NCBI GenBank assembly: GCA_030827475.1
Contig: JAUREJ010000002.1
Coordinates: forward strand, 18,027 to 82,026
Direction: 5' to 3'
From: Poseidonia sp.
GTDB lineage: Archaea; Thermoplasmatota; Poseidoniia; Poseidoniales; Poseidoniaceae
Length of the DNA: 64,000 nt
Part shown: piece by piece, positions 1 to 8,988 of the stretch
How the letters are laid out: each line of letters opens with the position of its first letter
Position numbering within the stretch: position 1 is the first letter of the stretch
Notes under the pieces: model-generated
Told to the model about the DNA's origin: nothing
Database searches by the model: none
The model's input: the letters and a program-made list of their open reading frames with translations, nothing else
Program-made: the position numbers and the translations under genes

Positions 1-6
1 GTTCGA

Positions 7-2205
7 GTGCAACACGACGTCACCTCCGGCGAATTTGTTGACGTTTCGGTCACCGTCACGGAGGGCGCGGCCTCCTACTTTGTGCTTAGCGGCTGCGAGG
101 GAACCGTCCCTGCAGGTGTATGGTGTGACATCACGGCCGACCTCTACGACCAGTTCGGCAACCCATTGTCGATCGATGACGCTGGAACGTTGACATGGAC
201 GACCACAAACGGAAACTATTCGGAAATCAACGAGCAATACTTCCCTGACCACGTCGGTCAGTGGTGGCTGAACCTCACTTCTGCATCCGGTGCATCGGAT
301 TCGCTGATGATCCGGGTTGGTCACGGGGCCATCGACCATCTTGAGCTCAATGTCTCGGCTTTGAGCATCACTGCCGACGACCGTATCTACATCAACACCA
401 CCCGAGTTGATGTACGAGGGAACCGTCTTCCCGTCGTCCTCCCATCGGACAACTGGACCAAAATCGCCGACGGTCAACTGACGGCCGGCGCTCCTGCAAT
501 TTGGGACCCTGTGGGCCAAGGCGCAAAGATCATCGAAGCCCGTTACGAAACCACGCTTGCCTCCGTCACCATCACCGTTGACCGGGGTGCCATCCAAACA
601 CTCCGAATCGAAGTTGACGATGTTGAATCAACCTGGGAGAACTTCGAATTAACAGCGGATGAAACGCTTGATGCCGAAGTATTCGCCATTGACCGGAAAG
701 GAAATCAGTGGGCCATCATCGCGAACTGGAGCCTTGATCATCCGAGCATGGGCGACTCGTCGTCCTTCCTTGAGGTGCAGTCCGGCGACGCTACAACGTT
801 CACGCCGTACTTTGCAAGTGACGAACCGTATGTCTTGACCGCTTCGTACAATGACGGGACCACCGTCCATGCCGTTTCCATCAACATGACCGTTGATCAC
901 GGGTTCCTCCACACGGTCAGCATTCGCGGAACGGCCAACAACCCTGATGCGAGTACGGGTGCCGTCATCGAGATGACCTCGGATTATGCCGTAGATTTCC
1001 TCTCCGACCTCTACGATGCCGACAACAATCGCATCGATGCTGGAACCCTCACGTGGGTTGAAGTTGACCTCTCGAACGGTGCTGTTCGCGACATCACGAC
1101 CGAGCTGCTGCTGAACGACATGCGCTGGGAAGCCACCACCGTTGGAGAGTGGACCATCGAGGCCTACAGCATCAGCGGAACCGGATTCAACATCTCGGAC
1201 AGTGTCTCCATCAAGGTGCTTCACGGCGTCGCCGTCAGGGTTTCCGCTGACGCCTCATTGACAAACCCAACAGCGGGCGACCGTGTTGACATTCAAGTGA
1301 CGGGTACCGATGCCGATGGAAACACCTTTGCTCAGAACGTGGAGTGGACCGAAAACGGTGGTTCGGTTGCAACCTTGGACATCAACACCACAACCGACGG
1401 TCGCTATCACTACACCGCCGAAGTCGCAGGTCTCCATACGCTCACCTACGCCGCCGGTGGTGCAACCTCCACGCTTGAAATCACCGTTGAGGCACAGAAG
1501 ATCGTTAACCGTCTTGAGGTCAATTTGAGCACGAAGACGGTCGACCAATTGGGAAGCCTTGACGTGACGATTCGAGCCTTTGACGCCTATGATAACGAAA
1601 TCGCCGTCCCGGGAAGCATCAAGGTTGACGCGACCGGTCGAGCCACGGCAACGATGATCGCCTCCAACTCCTGGACCATCAAGACCCTCGACGACGGACC
1701 TCAAACCATCACCATCAGCGTGGGTGCGGTCCGTGTAAACGAGGAGATCAACGTCGTTGGCAACCTCAACGGCTTCTTCGAAGCTGGCGGCACATTGTAC
1801 TACGTCGGTGCCGGTCTGTTGGCGCTTGTCGCCCTTGTCTTGCTCGTGCTCGGCGTGATGTTTTTGCGCTCAGGGGTCAACGATGATTGGGACGATGAGG
1901 ATGAAGATGACGATGATGCACCTTCCGGTCCAAGCGGCCCAGCGCCCGGTCCAAAGGGTCCTGCCTCGGGTCCAAGCGGCCCAGCGCCCGGTCCAAAGGG
2001 TCCTGCCTCGGGTCCAAGCGGCCCAGCGCCGGGTCCATCCGGCCCACCTGCAGAAGAAGTACCTCCAGAGGAAGATGTTGTTGAAGAGGCTGAACCTGAG
2101 ACCACGGTGGACGAAGACGGGACGGAATGGTACGAGGACGAAGCCGGTGTATGGTGGTACCGCAACGCAGGCGAAGAGGAATGGCACGAATATCACGACG
2201 AGTGA
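7..2205 (+). CDS. Large secreted/membrane-anchored protein with repeated Ig-like (invasin/Big-like) beta-sandwich domains, C-terminal TM helix, acidic Pro/Gly-rich tail; probably 5'-truncated by the window edge
   Basis: Beta-rich Thr/Val/Asp repeats with recurring DxxGN motifs (DQFGN, DVRGN, DRKGN, DADGN, DAYDN). Hydrophobic segment YVGAGLLALVALVLLVLGVMFL is followed by DDDWDDEDEDDDD. The frame is open to the window start and no signal peptide is visible. Confidence 0.75.
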   Translation: MQHDVTSGEFVDVSVTVTEGAASYFVLSGCEGTVPAGVWCDITADLYDQFGNPLSIDDAGTLTWTTTNGNYSEINEQYFPDHVGQWWLNLTSASGASDSLMIRVGHGAIDHLELNVSALSITADDRIYINTTRVDVRGNRLPVVLPSDNWTKIADGQLTAGAPAIWDPVGQGAKIIEARYETTLASVTITVDRGAIQTLRIEVDDVESTWENFELTADETLDAEVFAIDRKGNQWAIIANWSLDHPSMGDSSSFLEVQSGDATTFTPYFASDEPYVLTASYNDGTTVHAVSINMTVDHGFLHTVSIRGTANNPDASTGAVIEMTSDYAVDFLSDLYDADNNRIDAGTLTWVEVDLSNGAVRDITTELLLNDMRWEATTVGEWTIEAYSISGTGFNISDSVSIKVLHGVAVRVSADASLTNPTAGDRVDIQVTGTDADGNTFAQNVEWTENGGSVATLDINTTTDGRYHYTAEVAGLHTLTYAAGGATSTLEITVEAQKIVNRLEVNLSTKTVDQLGSLDVTIRAFDAYDNEIAVPGSIKVDATGRATATMIASNSWTIKTLDDGPQTITISVGAVRVNEEINVVGNLNGFFEAGGTLYYVGAGLLALVALVLLVLGVMFLRSGVNDDWDDEDEDDDDAPSGPSGPAPGPKGPASGPSGPAPGPKGPASGPSGPAPGPSGPPAEEVPPEEDVVEEAEPETTVDEDGTEWYEDEAGVWWYRNAGEEEWHEYHDE
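1927..2040 (+). repeat. 42-bp in-frame tandem repeat (GGTCCAAGCGGCCCAGCGCCCGGTCCAAAGGGTCCTGCCTCG), two exact copies plus a partial third, encoding GPSGPAPGPKGPAS
   Basis: Read directly: copies at 1927-1968 and 1969-2010, partial copy from 2011. Confidence 0.95.
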
Positions 2206-2218
2206 GCGGGGTGACAGC

Positions 2219-4822
2219 GTGTCCAAAGCAAGCATGGCCTTCGCTTTGACCGCCATCACGGTTCTTTGCTTGGTGTTACCCGCATCGACGGTCGTGTTGC
2301 CCGAACCTGCTCAGGTCCATCGCTCTGGAACCCCTGACCGTGTTGTCATCGATTCCCCGCCCGCTTCCATCTCCGCCGATGAAGTTGCAAGTTTCGTGGC
2401 CATCATTTATGACGCCGTCAACAACCCTGTTGAAGGCGAGGTCACCTGGTCTTCAACCAACGGGACCATCACCGATGACGGTGTCTTTTTTCCATGGTCA
2501 TCGGGTTTGATCAAGATCACGGCCGAACACAACGGCTTGCAAGCGAGTTACAACCTCACCGTTACTCCCGGTGTGGCGATTGGGGTTGAGGTCACCTCGC
2601 TCGTGCTGGGTGTGCTTGAGTCCAACACGCTCCAAGCGCAGATCACCGACGGGCGCGGGAACATCATCAATGACGATTCAGGGCTGGTTTGGGACATCGA
2701 TGGCGATTATGTCGGTCACGGTTCACCGATTTGGGTCCCTGAAGATACGGGGAACTACACCGTTCGGGTTCGTCTCAACCAACTCCAAGACCAAACCGTG
2801 CTGACGGTTCGAGCCGGACAACCACATGCCTTTGTGTTTGACGACCATCTTCAGGTGCGAGCCGGATCGTGGACGACCATTGTCCCTCAATTGATTGACA
2901 TCAACGGATACGAAATGCCGCTCTTGGAAGCTGGACCCATCGCATGGTATGCTGAAAACGGTTCGTTCAACGCAGCTGGCGCCTACCACGCTATCAACAC
3001 GGGTGCCTGGATGATCTCTGCCACTGCAGGCAACATCACGGGAAGCACCACCCTCTCGGTCATTCCTGGTGATGCCGTTGCATCGGAATTGATGTTTGCC
3101 CAATCCGTTGATGCGTACATGGCCGGAGAATCCTACGAACTCGTATTTGAGCGAAGAGATGCAAACGGGTACATTGGATTTGTTTCACCTTCCATCGGCT
3201 CGCTCTCCGCCACCTCCGGTGGCCTCTCGGTTGACGATGACGGCCGTGTGTTTTGGAACCCCTCCTCCGTCGGTCCGGTCACCCTATCTGGAACCGACGG
3301 TACGGTCGTCTCCTCGTTGGACGTCAACGTTGAACACGGTCGGGCCGTGGATTTGCGGTTCAAAATGACCCCTTCTCAGCCTTCAGCAGGCGACCAAGTC
3401 GTGGTTGAATTGCTCGCTGAGGACGTCAAAGGGAACCGATGGGTGGTGGAAGGCAACATCAACATGACCATGGGGGACGAAACGGAAATCACCTCTACGG
3501 ATTCCTACGCATTGGTTCAAGCAACCAGCGTTCGTTCCTGGCGTTTCGATGGGAGTTGGTTTGACAACACCACGGGCGTCATGTTTACTGCCGACGGTGA
3601 CTTTGATGTTCGGGCCGGGCGTTTGGCTTTCATCACGCTGGAAGGAGAGGGATCACGTGTCCCTGCCGACGGTGAACTTGACTTGAACCCTCAATTTTTT
3701 GATGCATACGGCAACGAACTGACGGAGATTGCCTTGAATTGGTCCATCAACGGCGAAGACATCACGCTTGAGATGTTGCTCAACGACGGGCGTTGGGTCG
3801 CCACCTCGCTTGGCGGGCATGAATTGCGCGTCAACGCAGACGGGGTCTTTGCCACCATTCGTTTGACCGTTGTGGCGGGCCAGGCCCATGCGCTTCAAAC
3901 CGATGTTGGCGAGGAGGGTTTGGTGGTTTACGCTGGAGAGCCGTACGATATTTTCATCCAAGTCGTCGATGTGAACGGTAATGTGGGCCCGTCGTCAAAC
4001 GTGGTCACGGACCTCAACACGTCTTTTGGGGTGTTGGAGGCCTCACCAAAGGGAATTGGTTTCTGGCAGTTCACGGGGAAGCGGGTTGGCACCTATGACC
4101 TCGTCCTTTCAGAATCGGGTGCAGAACACGTCGTGGCACTCACCATTGAATCCGGTTCACCCGTTCGCATTCAAGCCAGCATGAGTCGCCAAGGTCTTGC
4201 TGAAGGGGATGTGGTTCTCCTCAATGCGTTCGGCACCGATATGTACGGCAACAACTTGACCATTCCTCGAACCAACACCAGCGTCACATGCACGGCCGGC
4301 GATGTCAGTTTCGTGACCAACGGGACCTGGGAAGTGGATCTTGAGAACGGCGGTACCGATCGGTCTTGCACCGTCCGGTGGAACGGACTGCTCGCGCAGA
4401 CGTTCTTTGACGTGGACGAGGTTCTTTTGGGTGGAGCGGTCGGTTCGACCAACACGGCCATGGCCATGGCTGCGTTGTTGTTGGCCTTGATCCTCGCCGT
4501 GCTTGTTGTTCTTGCACGCAAAGCCTCAGAAGTCGAGAAGGATGTCTGGGTCGAGGACGTCTTCGATGAGGACGATGATGACGCTGAAGGGGATGAGGTG
4601 GCCATTGGCGCTCATCTTCCCTCGGACGACACGCCGCTTCACGAGCGTCATGGATTGACCGAGGCCTCCATCAAAGAACTGGCTGCTGAGGCCGGCAAAG
4701 TTGGCGTCATGCAGGCGACCCCGTCCACCGTTCAAGGCCAAACGGGATGGTATGTTGACGTCTCCGAAGAACTTCAGTATTGGGAAGTCACCCCTGAAGG
4801 GGAATGGATTCGTCACGAGTGA
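2219..4822 (+). CDS. Second Ig-like-repeat surface protein (paralog-like architecture to the upstream gene), signal peptide, C-terminal TM and acidic tail
   Basis: GTG at 2219 is preceded by GGGGTGA. Hydrophobic N-terminus MAFALTAITVLCLVLPAS. DxxGN/DxxNN repeats (DAVNN, DGRGN, DINGY, DVKGN, DAYGN, DVNGN, DMYGN). TM AMAMAALLLALILAVLVVLA. The ORF-track start at 1883 overlaps the upstream gene and is spurious. Confidence 0.75.
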   Translation: MSKASMAFALTAITVLCLVLPASTVVLPEPAQVHRSGTPDRVVIDSPPASISADEVASFVAIIYDAVNNPVEGEVTWSSTNGTITDDGVFFPWSSGLIKITAEHNGLQASYNLTVTPGVAIGVEVTSLVLGVLESNTLQAQITDGRGNIINDDSGLVWDIDGDYVGHGSPIWVPEDTGNYTVRVRLNQLQDQTVLTVRAGQPHAFVFDDHLQVRAGSWTTIVPQLIDINGYEMPLLEAGPIAWYAENGSFNAAGAYHAINTGAWMISATAGNITGSTTLSVIPGDAVASELMFAQSVDAYMAGESYELVFERRDANGYIGFVSPSIGSLSATSGGLSVDDDGRVFWNPSSVGPVTLSGTDGTVVSSLDVNVEHGRAVDLRFKMTPSQPSAGDQVVVELLAEDVKGNRWVVEGNINMTMGDETEITSTDSYALVQATSVRSWRFDGSWFDNTTGVMFTADGDFDVRAGRLAFITLEGEGSRVPADGELDLNPQFFDAYGNELTEIALNWSINGEDITLEMLLNDGRWVATSLGGHELRVNADGVFATIRLTVVAGQAHALQTDVGEEGLVVYAGEPYDIFIQVVDVNGNVGPSSNVVTDLNTSFGVLEASPKGIGFWQFTGKRVGTYDLVLSESGAEHVVALTIESGSPVRIQASMSRQGLAEGDVVLLNAFGTDMYGNNLTIPRTNTSVTCTAGDVSFVTNGTWEVDLENGGTDRSCTVRWNGLLAQTFFDVDEVLLGGAVGSTNTAMAMAALLLALILAVLVVLARKASEVEKDVWVEDVFDEDDDDAEGDEVAIGAHLPSDDTPLHERHGLTEASIKELAAEAGKVGVMQATPSTVQGQTGWYVDVSEELQYWEVTPEGEWIRHE

Positions 4823-4824
4823 GG

Positions 4825-6468
4825 TTACTCATCCTCAAGGGACTCGTAACTCTTGAAGAACTCGTCAATGTCGATGACGCCGTCTTCGTTCTCGTCGGCC
4901 TTGTGGAAAATGACCCGTGATTCGTCTCTGGTGAACGTGAAACCAAGGGCTTTGAGTGCGTTCTGGAACTCACGAAGCGTAAGGTGATTCTTGTCCCCGA
5001 AATCGGCAGCGTGAAACGCAGCAAGCCTTCGGTCGTGCTCTGTGGTGCTGGCGATCCCGAAGAGTTGCCGGAAGGTGGTGAAGGGCGTATCTTGGTGAGC
5101 GACGTAGTGCTTCCTACCGTAGAGCGCATAGGTGACGATGCCCGCTACCAGGGCGACGCCTCCGCCGATGTAGGCTTTTGAACCCATAAGTGAGATCAGG
5201 AAGGCCCCTGCAACGATTCCCCAAATGTTGAGGTACGGGTAGAGCGGGCCTTTGTAGGCCGGTTTCCAGTCGTGGACATGACTGGTTTGGCGCAAAACGA
5301 TGACACAGGAATTGATGAGCATGAAGATCATGATTTTGAATCCGGATGCGAGTTTCACCACGTCCTTTAGCGGCACGAAAACGATGGCAAGGCCCATGGC
5401 TAAGCCCGTGATAAGAATCGGAAAGTGAGGGGTTTCAAATCGAGCGTTCACTTCCTCCAACGGCTGTGGCAGGAGGTTGTCTCGTGACATGGCAAACAAG
5501 AATCTGGAAGAGGCGAGGATACCGGCCAAAGCCATGGAGATCATGGTCAACACCGAAATGATGGCGACGAGAACGCCAAACTCAGAGCCTGCGATGTGTT
5601 CTGCGAAGACCGAGATAGGATTTTCAATGACTTTGCCGTCTTTCATCCACCACTCGCCGGGAAGCACAGCCATCATCGCAAAAGCCAGCGCTGAGTAAAC
5701 CACCGTTGCGATGGCGAGGGACACCAAGATGCCTGCGGGCAGGTTCTTTTCGGGGTTTTTGACCTCGTCCCCGATGGCTGCCACTTTGGTGACCCCTGCA
5801 TAAGCAACGAAAACGAAAGCTGCGGTCTCTGCAAGCGTCCACATGTCGGTTGAGAAGGCCCCTTCGATGGGGACAGATGCGTCAAAATCAGCCGAAAACA
5901 ACGCCATGACGCACATGAGTACCAGCAAAGTAACCGTCACGAGCACGATGGGAGTTTGGATGGCTTTGACCTTGGACACGCCAAGAATGTTGACGAACGT
6001 GATGAGAACCAATGCCGATAACGAAAGGGTGTACATGCTCAGTTCGATGTCAAAATACGCCGTCACTACAGCGAAATAGGCCGAGAAACCGATGAGGGCG
6101 AAGGCGGATTTGAGCAGGAAAGACGACCAGAGGCCGAGCCCGCTGATGGTTCCAATCAAGGGGCCGTAGGTTCTTTCCAAGTACACGTACGACCCGCCGC
6201 TCGAGGGCATGCCCGAGGACAATTCAGATTTTGAAACGGCTCCCGGAAGCACCACGGAAGCGGCGAGCAAAAAGGCCAACCAGATTCCGGGTCCCATGAT
6301 TTCAGCGGCAAACGTCGGCGTGACAAAGATGCCGGGTAACATGGCCGAGAGGGAGATAATCACCACGCCTGCGAGTCCGATGGTCCGTGCGAACGTTGTT
6401 TTGAGTTCGGCACCTGCGGATTTGAGATCTCCTTTTGCGACGCTCTTGATGATGTTTTCAACGGCCAT
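4825..6468 (-). CDS. APC-family amino acid permease with C-terminal EF-hand pair
   Basis: About 12 TM helices; APC motifs GIFVTP, ELSSGMPSSGGSYVY, FVAYAG, EVKNPEKNLP, SRFLFAMSRD, TPH. Tail contains a canonical EF loop DENEDGVIDIDE (4861-4896). SD-like GGGGGTGA upstream. Confidence 0.9.
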   Translation of the reverse strand: MAVENIIKSVAKGDLKSAGAELKTTFARTIGLAGVVIISLSAMLPGIFVTPTFAAEIMGPGIWLAFLLAASVVLPGAVSKSELSSGMPSSGGSYVYLERTYGPLIGTISGLGLWSSFLLKSAFALIGFSAYFAVVTAYFDIELSMYTLSLSALVLITFVNILGVSKVKAIQTPIVLVTVTLLVLMCVMALFSADFDASVPIEGAFSTDMWTLAETAAFVFVAYAGVTKVAAIGDEVKNPEKNLPAGILVSLAIATVVYSALAFAMMAVLPGEWWMKDGKVIENPISVFAEHIAGSEFGVLVAIISVLTMISMALAGILASSRFLFAMSRDNLLPQPLEEVNARFETPHFPILITGLAMGLAIVFVPLKDVVKLASGFKIMIFMLINSCVIVLRQTSHVHDWKPAYKGPLYPYLNIWGIVAGAFLISLMGSKAYIGGGVALVAGIVTYALYGRKHYVAHQDTPFTTFRQLFGIASTTEHDRRLAAFHAADFGDKNHLTLREFQNALKALGFTFTRDESRVIFHKADENEDGVIDIDEFFKSYESLEDE

Positions 6469-6577
6469 TCATTCACCCCCGATTTCCGACTAGAAGACCG
6501 ATTGGTAGTGGTGCCAAACCTCCGTGTCATATTAGCCGTTGGTATGGTCGCGTTCGTATAGCGCCGGAATCCGGTAA

Positions 6578-7999
6578 TCATGCTGGCATGTGAACGATAA
6601 CCTTCATTTCCACTGCAATCGGCGTGGGCAACGCATCGATAGCGAGTGTCGTTCGGGTGGGACCCACCTTTCCGAGCGTTTCGGCCCATACTTCGTTGTA
6701 CCCTTGGAAGTCACGTTTCATGTCAACAAGGAACGTTGTGACGTCAACCACCTGCTCCATGGTCGCTCCGGCTTCCTCCACGATGCGTTTGACGTTCTCT
6801 ACAACGGCACGGGTCTGTGCCTTGATGTCGTAAGGCAGGGGTTCTCCGTTTTTGTCATGTATTGGCCCTCCGGGGATGGCGTTTGTTCCAGGTTGTCGCG
6901 GGCCAACGCCAGAGAGAAACAGCATGTCTCCAACTCGGCGAGCGTGAGGGTATGCTCCGACGGGTTTGGGAGCGGTGGTGGTGTTCACGGAACCCTTTGC
7001 TTCCGTTGGTTCCCACAAGTCCGGTCCGTTTGACGTTTCTTCGGTGACTTCGTCGTTTGTTTGACTCTGAACTTGGTCCTCTTCGACGATGTCCAGGACG
7101 TCCCGTTCGCCGTGGTAGTACTCAACGTCGTCTTCATCGTACTCCTTGTCGCCAACTCCGCTGGAGGCAGGGTCAAGATGAACGACGGCTCCACCTGCGC
7201 CGTGAATTGCTTCGTATGCCATCACACGACCCGTCAAGTCGTTCCGGTTTCCGTTCATGGCCGAAAGCCACCACATGGGCTTGAAAGCGACCACCTTCTG
7301 CACCCGAATTTGTTGGTGAATCGTTCGCGAGAGCTGGCCGACATCTTCAAGCCGCCCCTGTTTGAAGAATTCCAGAATTTTCCGGTTCCACTCGTCATCT
7401 TTGAGGGAGTGAATTTTGTCATCTTGAGGCGAGATGAAATCCGTAAACATCCGGTTGGAAAGCGACATGGCGGTGATGGCCACGGCGCGCCGTCCTTGGG
7501 CCTTGATGACGTCGAGACACGACTTTGCAAGAACCGTGGTTTCGCTTCGGTTGGCGTACATGTTTGAAGAAACGATGACAGCGGGGATGCTGTTGTCGGG
7601 GTTCAGCAGTGTCAACGCCACAACCGAACCGACATCGATGGGGAACCCTTTGTAGTTCACACAGCGGCTTTGTAACCCGCGTTTGCGATTCGCTTCGTCC
7701 CATGCATGGGCGAACTCAGCGTCAATGTTGAACGAGTAAGGTATGGAGCCCAAATCGTGAAAGTCATGGTCCACCATCACCCATTCCGGGTTCGGGTCGG
7801 ATTGAATCTGATGGCCGATGATGGACGGCCAGGTCGTCGAGTACACGATGAGCAAATCCGCTTCAAGATCTCGAATCGTTTGGGCCGCTTCATCAAATGC
7901 GTCCCGAAGCCTCTGCCAGCCGGGGTTTTGGTCCGGAGCGAGCACGGTGTGAGGGTGGACGGGCACGACAAACGAGGCCACGACTTCTCCAGAACTCAT
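6578..7999 (-). CDS. amnA-amnD: Fusion: 2-aminophenol 1,6-dioxygenase alpha subunit (LigB class III extradiol family) + acidic linker + RidA-family 2-aminomuconate deaminase
   Basis: The N-part matches the AmnA/CnbCa pattern (LIVYSTTW, VNYKGFPID.GS, SNMY, DDEWNRKILE, FKPMWW, GGAVV). The C-part matches the NbaF/AmnD-like RidA pattern (PKPVGAYPHARRVGDMLFLSGVGPRQ, FLVDMKRDF, PTRTT, IAVEMKV). Confidence 0.85.
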   Translation of the reverse strand: MSSGEVVASFVVPVHPHTVLAPDQNPGWQRLRDAFDEAAQTIRDLEADLLIVYSTTWPSIIGHQIQSDPNPEWVMVDHDFHDLGSIPYSFNIDAEFAHAWDEANRKRGLQSRCVNYKGFPIDVGSVVALTLLNPDNSIPAVIVSSNMYANRSETTVLAKSCLDVIKAQGRRAVAITAMSLSNRMFTDFISPQDDKIHSLKDDEWNRKILEFFKQGRLEDVGQLSRTIHQQIRVQKVVAFKPMWWLSAMNGNRNDLTGRVMAYEAIHGAGGAVVHLDPASSGVGDKEYDEDDVEYYHGERDVLDIVEEDQVQSQTNDEVTEETSNGPDLWEPTEAKGSVNTTTAPKPVGAYPHARRVGDMLFLSGVGPRQPGTNAIPGGPIHDKNGEPLPYDIKAQTRAVVENVKRIVEEAGATMEQVVDVTTFLVDMKRDFQGYNEVWAETLGKVGPTRTTLAIDALPTPIAVEMKVIVHMPA

Positions 8000-8904
8000 G
8001 CTTCGCTCACCTCATGGGCATGGCACGGCCATTCCACCACGGCGTTTCCCGTGCCGATGATGGTGCCGTACCCGTGAAGGATGGCGGGGTAATCCGGGAC
8101 GTCCAAGGTGGACAGAAGCCATGAGAGGCCCCCTCCGTCACTTTCCGCGATGGCCTGTTCGGTAAACTCCGGCATCTCATCGAGGATGCGTTGAGCCTGG
8201 CCGCTTCGCATGTAATCGATGATTCGCATGTCCCAAAGGTGCATGGCATGACTTGTGATGTGTTCTTTGCTCATGTCTTCGGGGACTTCGGATTCGGTGG
8301 TGAAATGCCGGTGGGAAAGGGAATTGCTGGCGAGGACGACCACGCGCTTTCCACTCGCTTCGATCGCCTTGCGCGTGACTTTGCCCAATTCGATCATGAT
8401 TTCCTGCATGACCTCGACCGAGTAGTACGCCGTTGAGCGGTTGCTTGAAATCACGACAAGGGGTTTGTCCCATTTGGGATTGAACAAATGGCCGGTGGTG
8501 ATGGTGCCGTAATCGACACGGAAGTCGGGGTTTTCCATCATCTTCACCGGCAATCCGGCGGCCTCTGCCTCGTCGTGAATCGCCTTTGCGAGTTCAACGT
8601 CCACGTTCATGTTGTAGTGGTAGCGAAACAGATTTGGGAAAATGGGGTCGACGGAGAGCCCTTCGAAGTGTTCCAAGCCCAAAAAATGGGTTCCGACATA
8701 CGTCTGCCAGTGCGGGGAGAGCAAAACGATGGCGTCGTAATCGATGTCGGCGAGTGAAGCACGAAGGCGTTCGTAGCCCCAGCGGAGTTGCTCCCATCCG
8801 CCTTCGGCTACAGGTTCGTTTTGGGGTGGGTTTTCCGCATACACCAGATGCGGTGGGTGAGGGGCGAGGCATCCTGCGACAATTTGCCCTTTGGCCATGC
8901 CCAT
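7996..8904 (-). CDS. amnB: 2-aminophenol 1,6-dioxygenase beta (catalytic) subunit
   Basis: Recognisable AmnB/CnbCb sequence: LAPHPPHLVYAENPPQNEP..GGWE.LRW.YER, SPHW, SVDPIFPN.FRY, DYGTITT.HL, SNSLSH.HF, PEDMSKE, YGTIIGTGNAVVEW. Fe ligands and catalytic His appear retained. ATGA overlap with the alpha gene at 7996-7999. Start may be the ATG two codons later. Confidence 0.9.
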   Translation of the reverse strand: MGMAKGQIVAGCLAPHPPHLVYAENPPQNEPVAEGGWEQLRWGYERLRASLADIDYDAIVLLSPHWQTYVGTHFLGLEHFEGLSVDPIFPNLFRYHYNMNVDVELAKAIHDEAEAAGLPVKMMENPDFRVDYGTITTGHLFNPKWDKPLVVISSNRSTAYYSVEVMQEIMIELGKVTRKAIEASGKRVVVLASNSLSHRHFTTESEVPEDMSKEHITSHAMHLWDMRIIDYMRSGQAQRILDEMPEFTEQAIAESDGGGLSWLLSTLDVPDYPAILHGYGTIIGTGNAVVEWPCHAHEVSEA

Positions 8905-8988
8905 CGCATGCCCCCGAGGTTTAATTCATCATCGCATTGAGGGCTTGCGACCTGCAACACCAAGGCCTAAACAGGGTGTGGTTCTCGC

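Noticed and set aside
1927-2040. Possible CRISPR array or collagen domain
   Set aside because: The repeats are contiguous with no spacers and in frame within a CDS, and the G-x-x periodicity is broken.
1883-2218. ORF-track N-terminal extension of the second surface protein, with VQAAQRPVQRVLPR repeats
   Set aside because: It is the alternate frame of the 42-bp repeat inside the upstream gene; the GTG at 2219 has an SD and a signal peptide follows.
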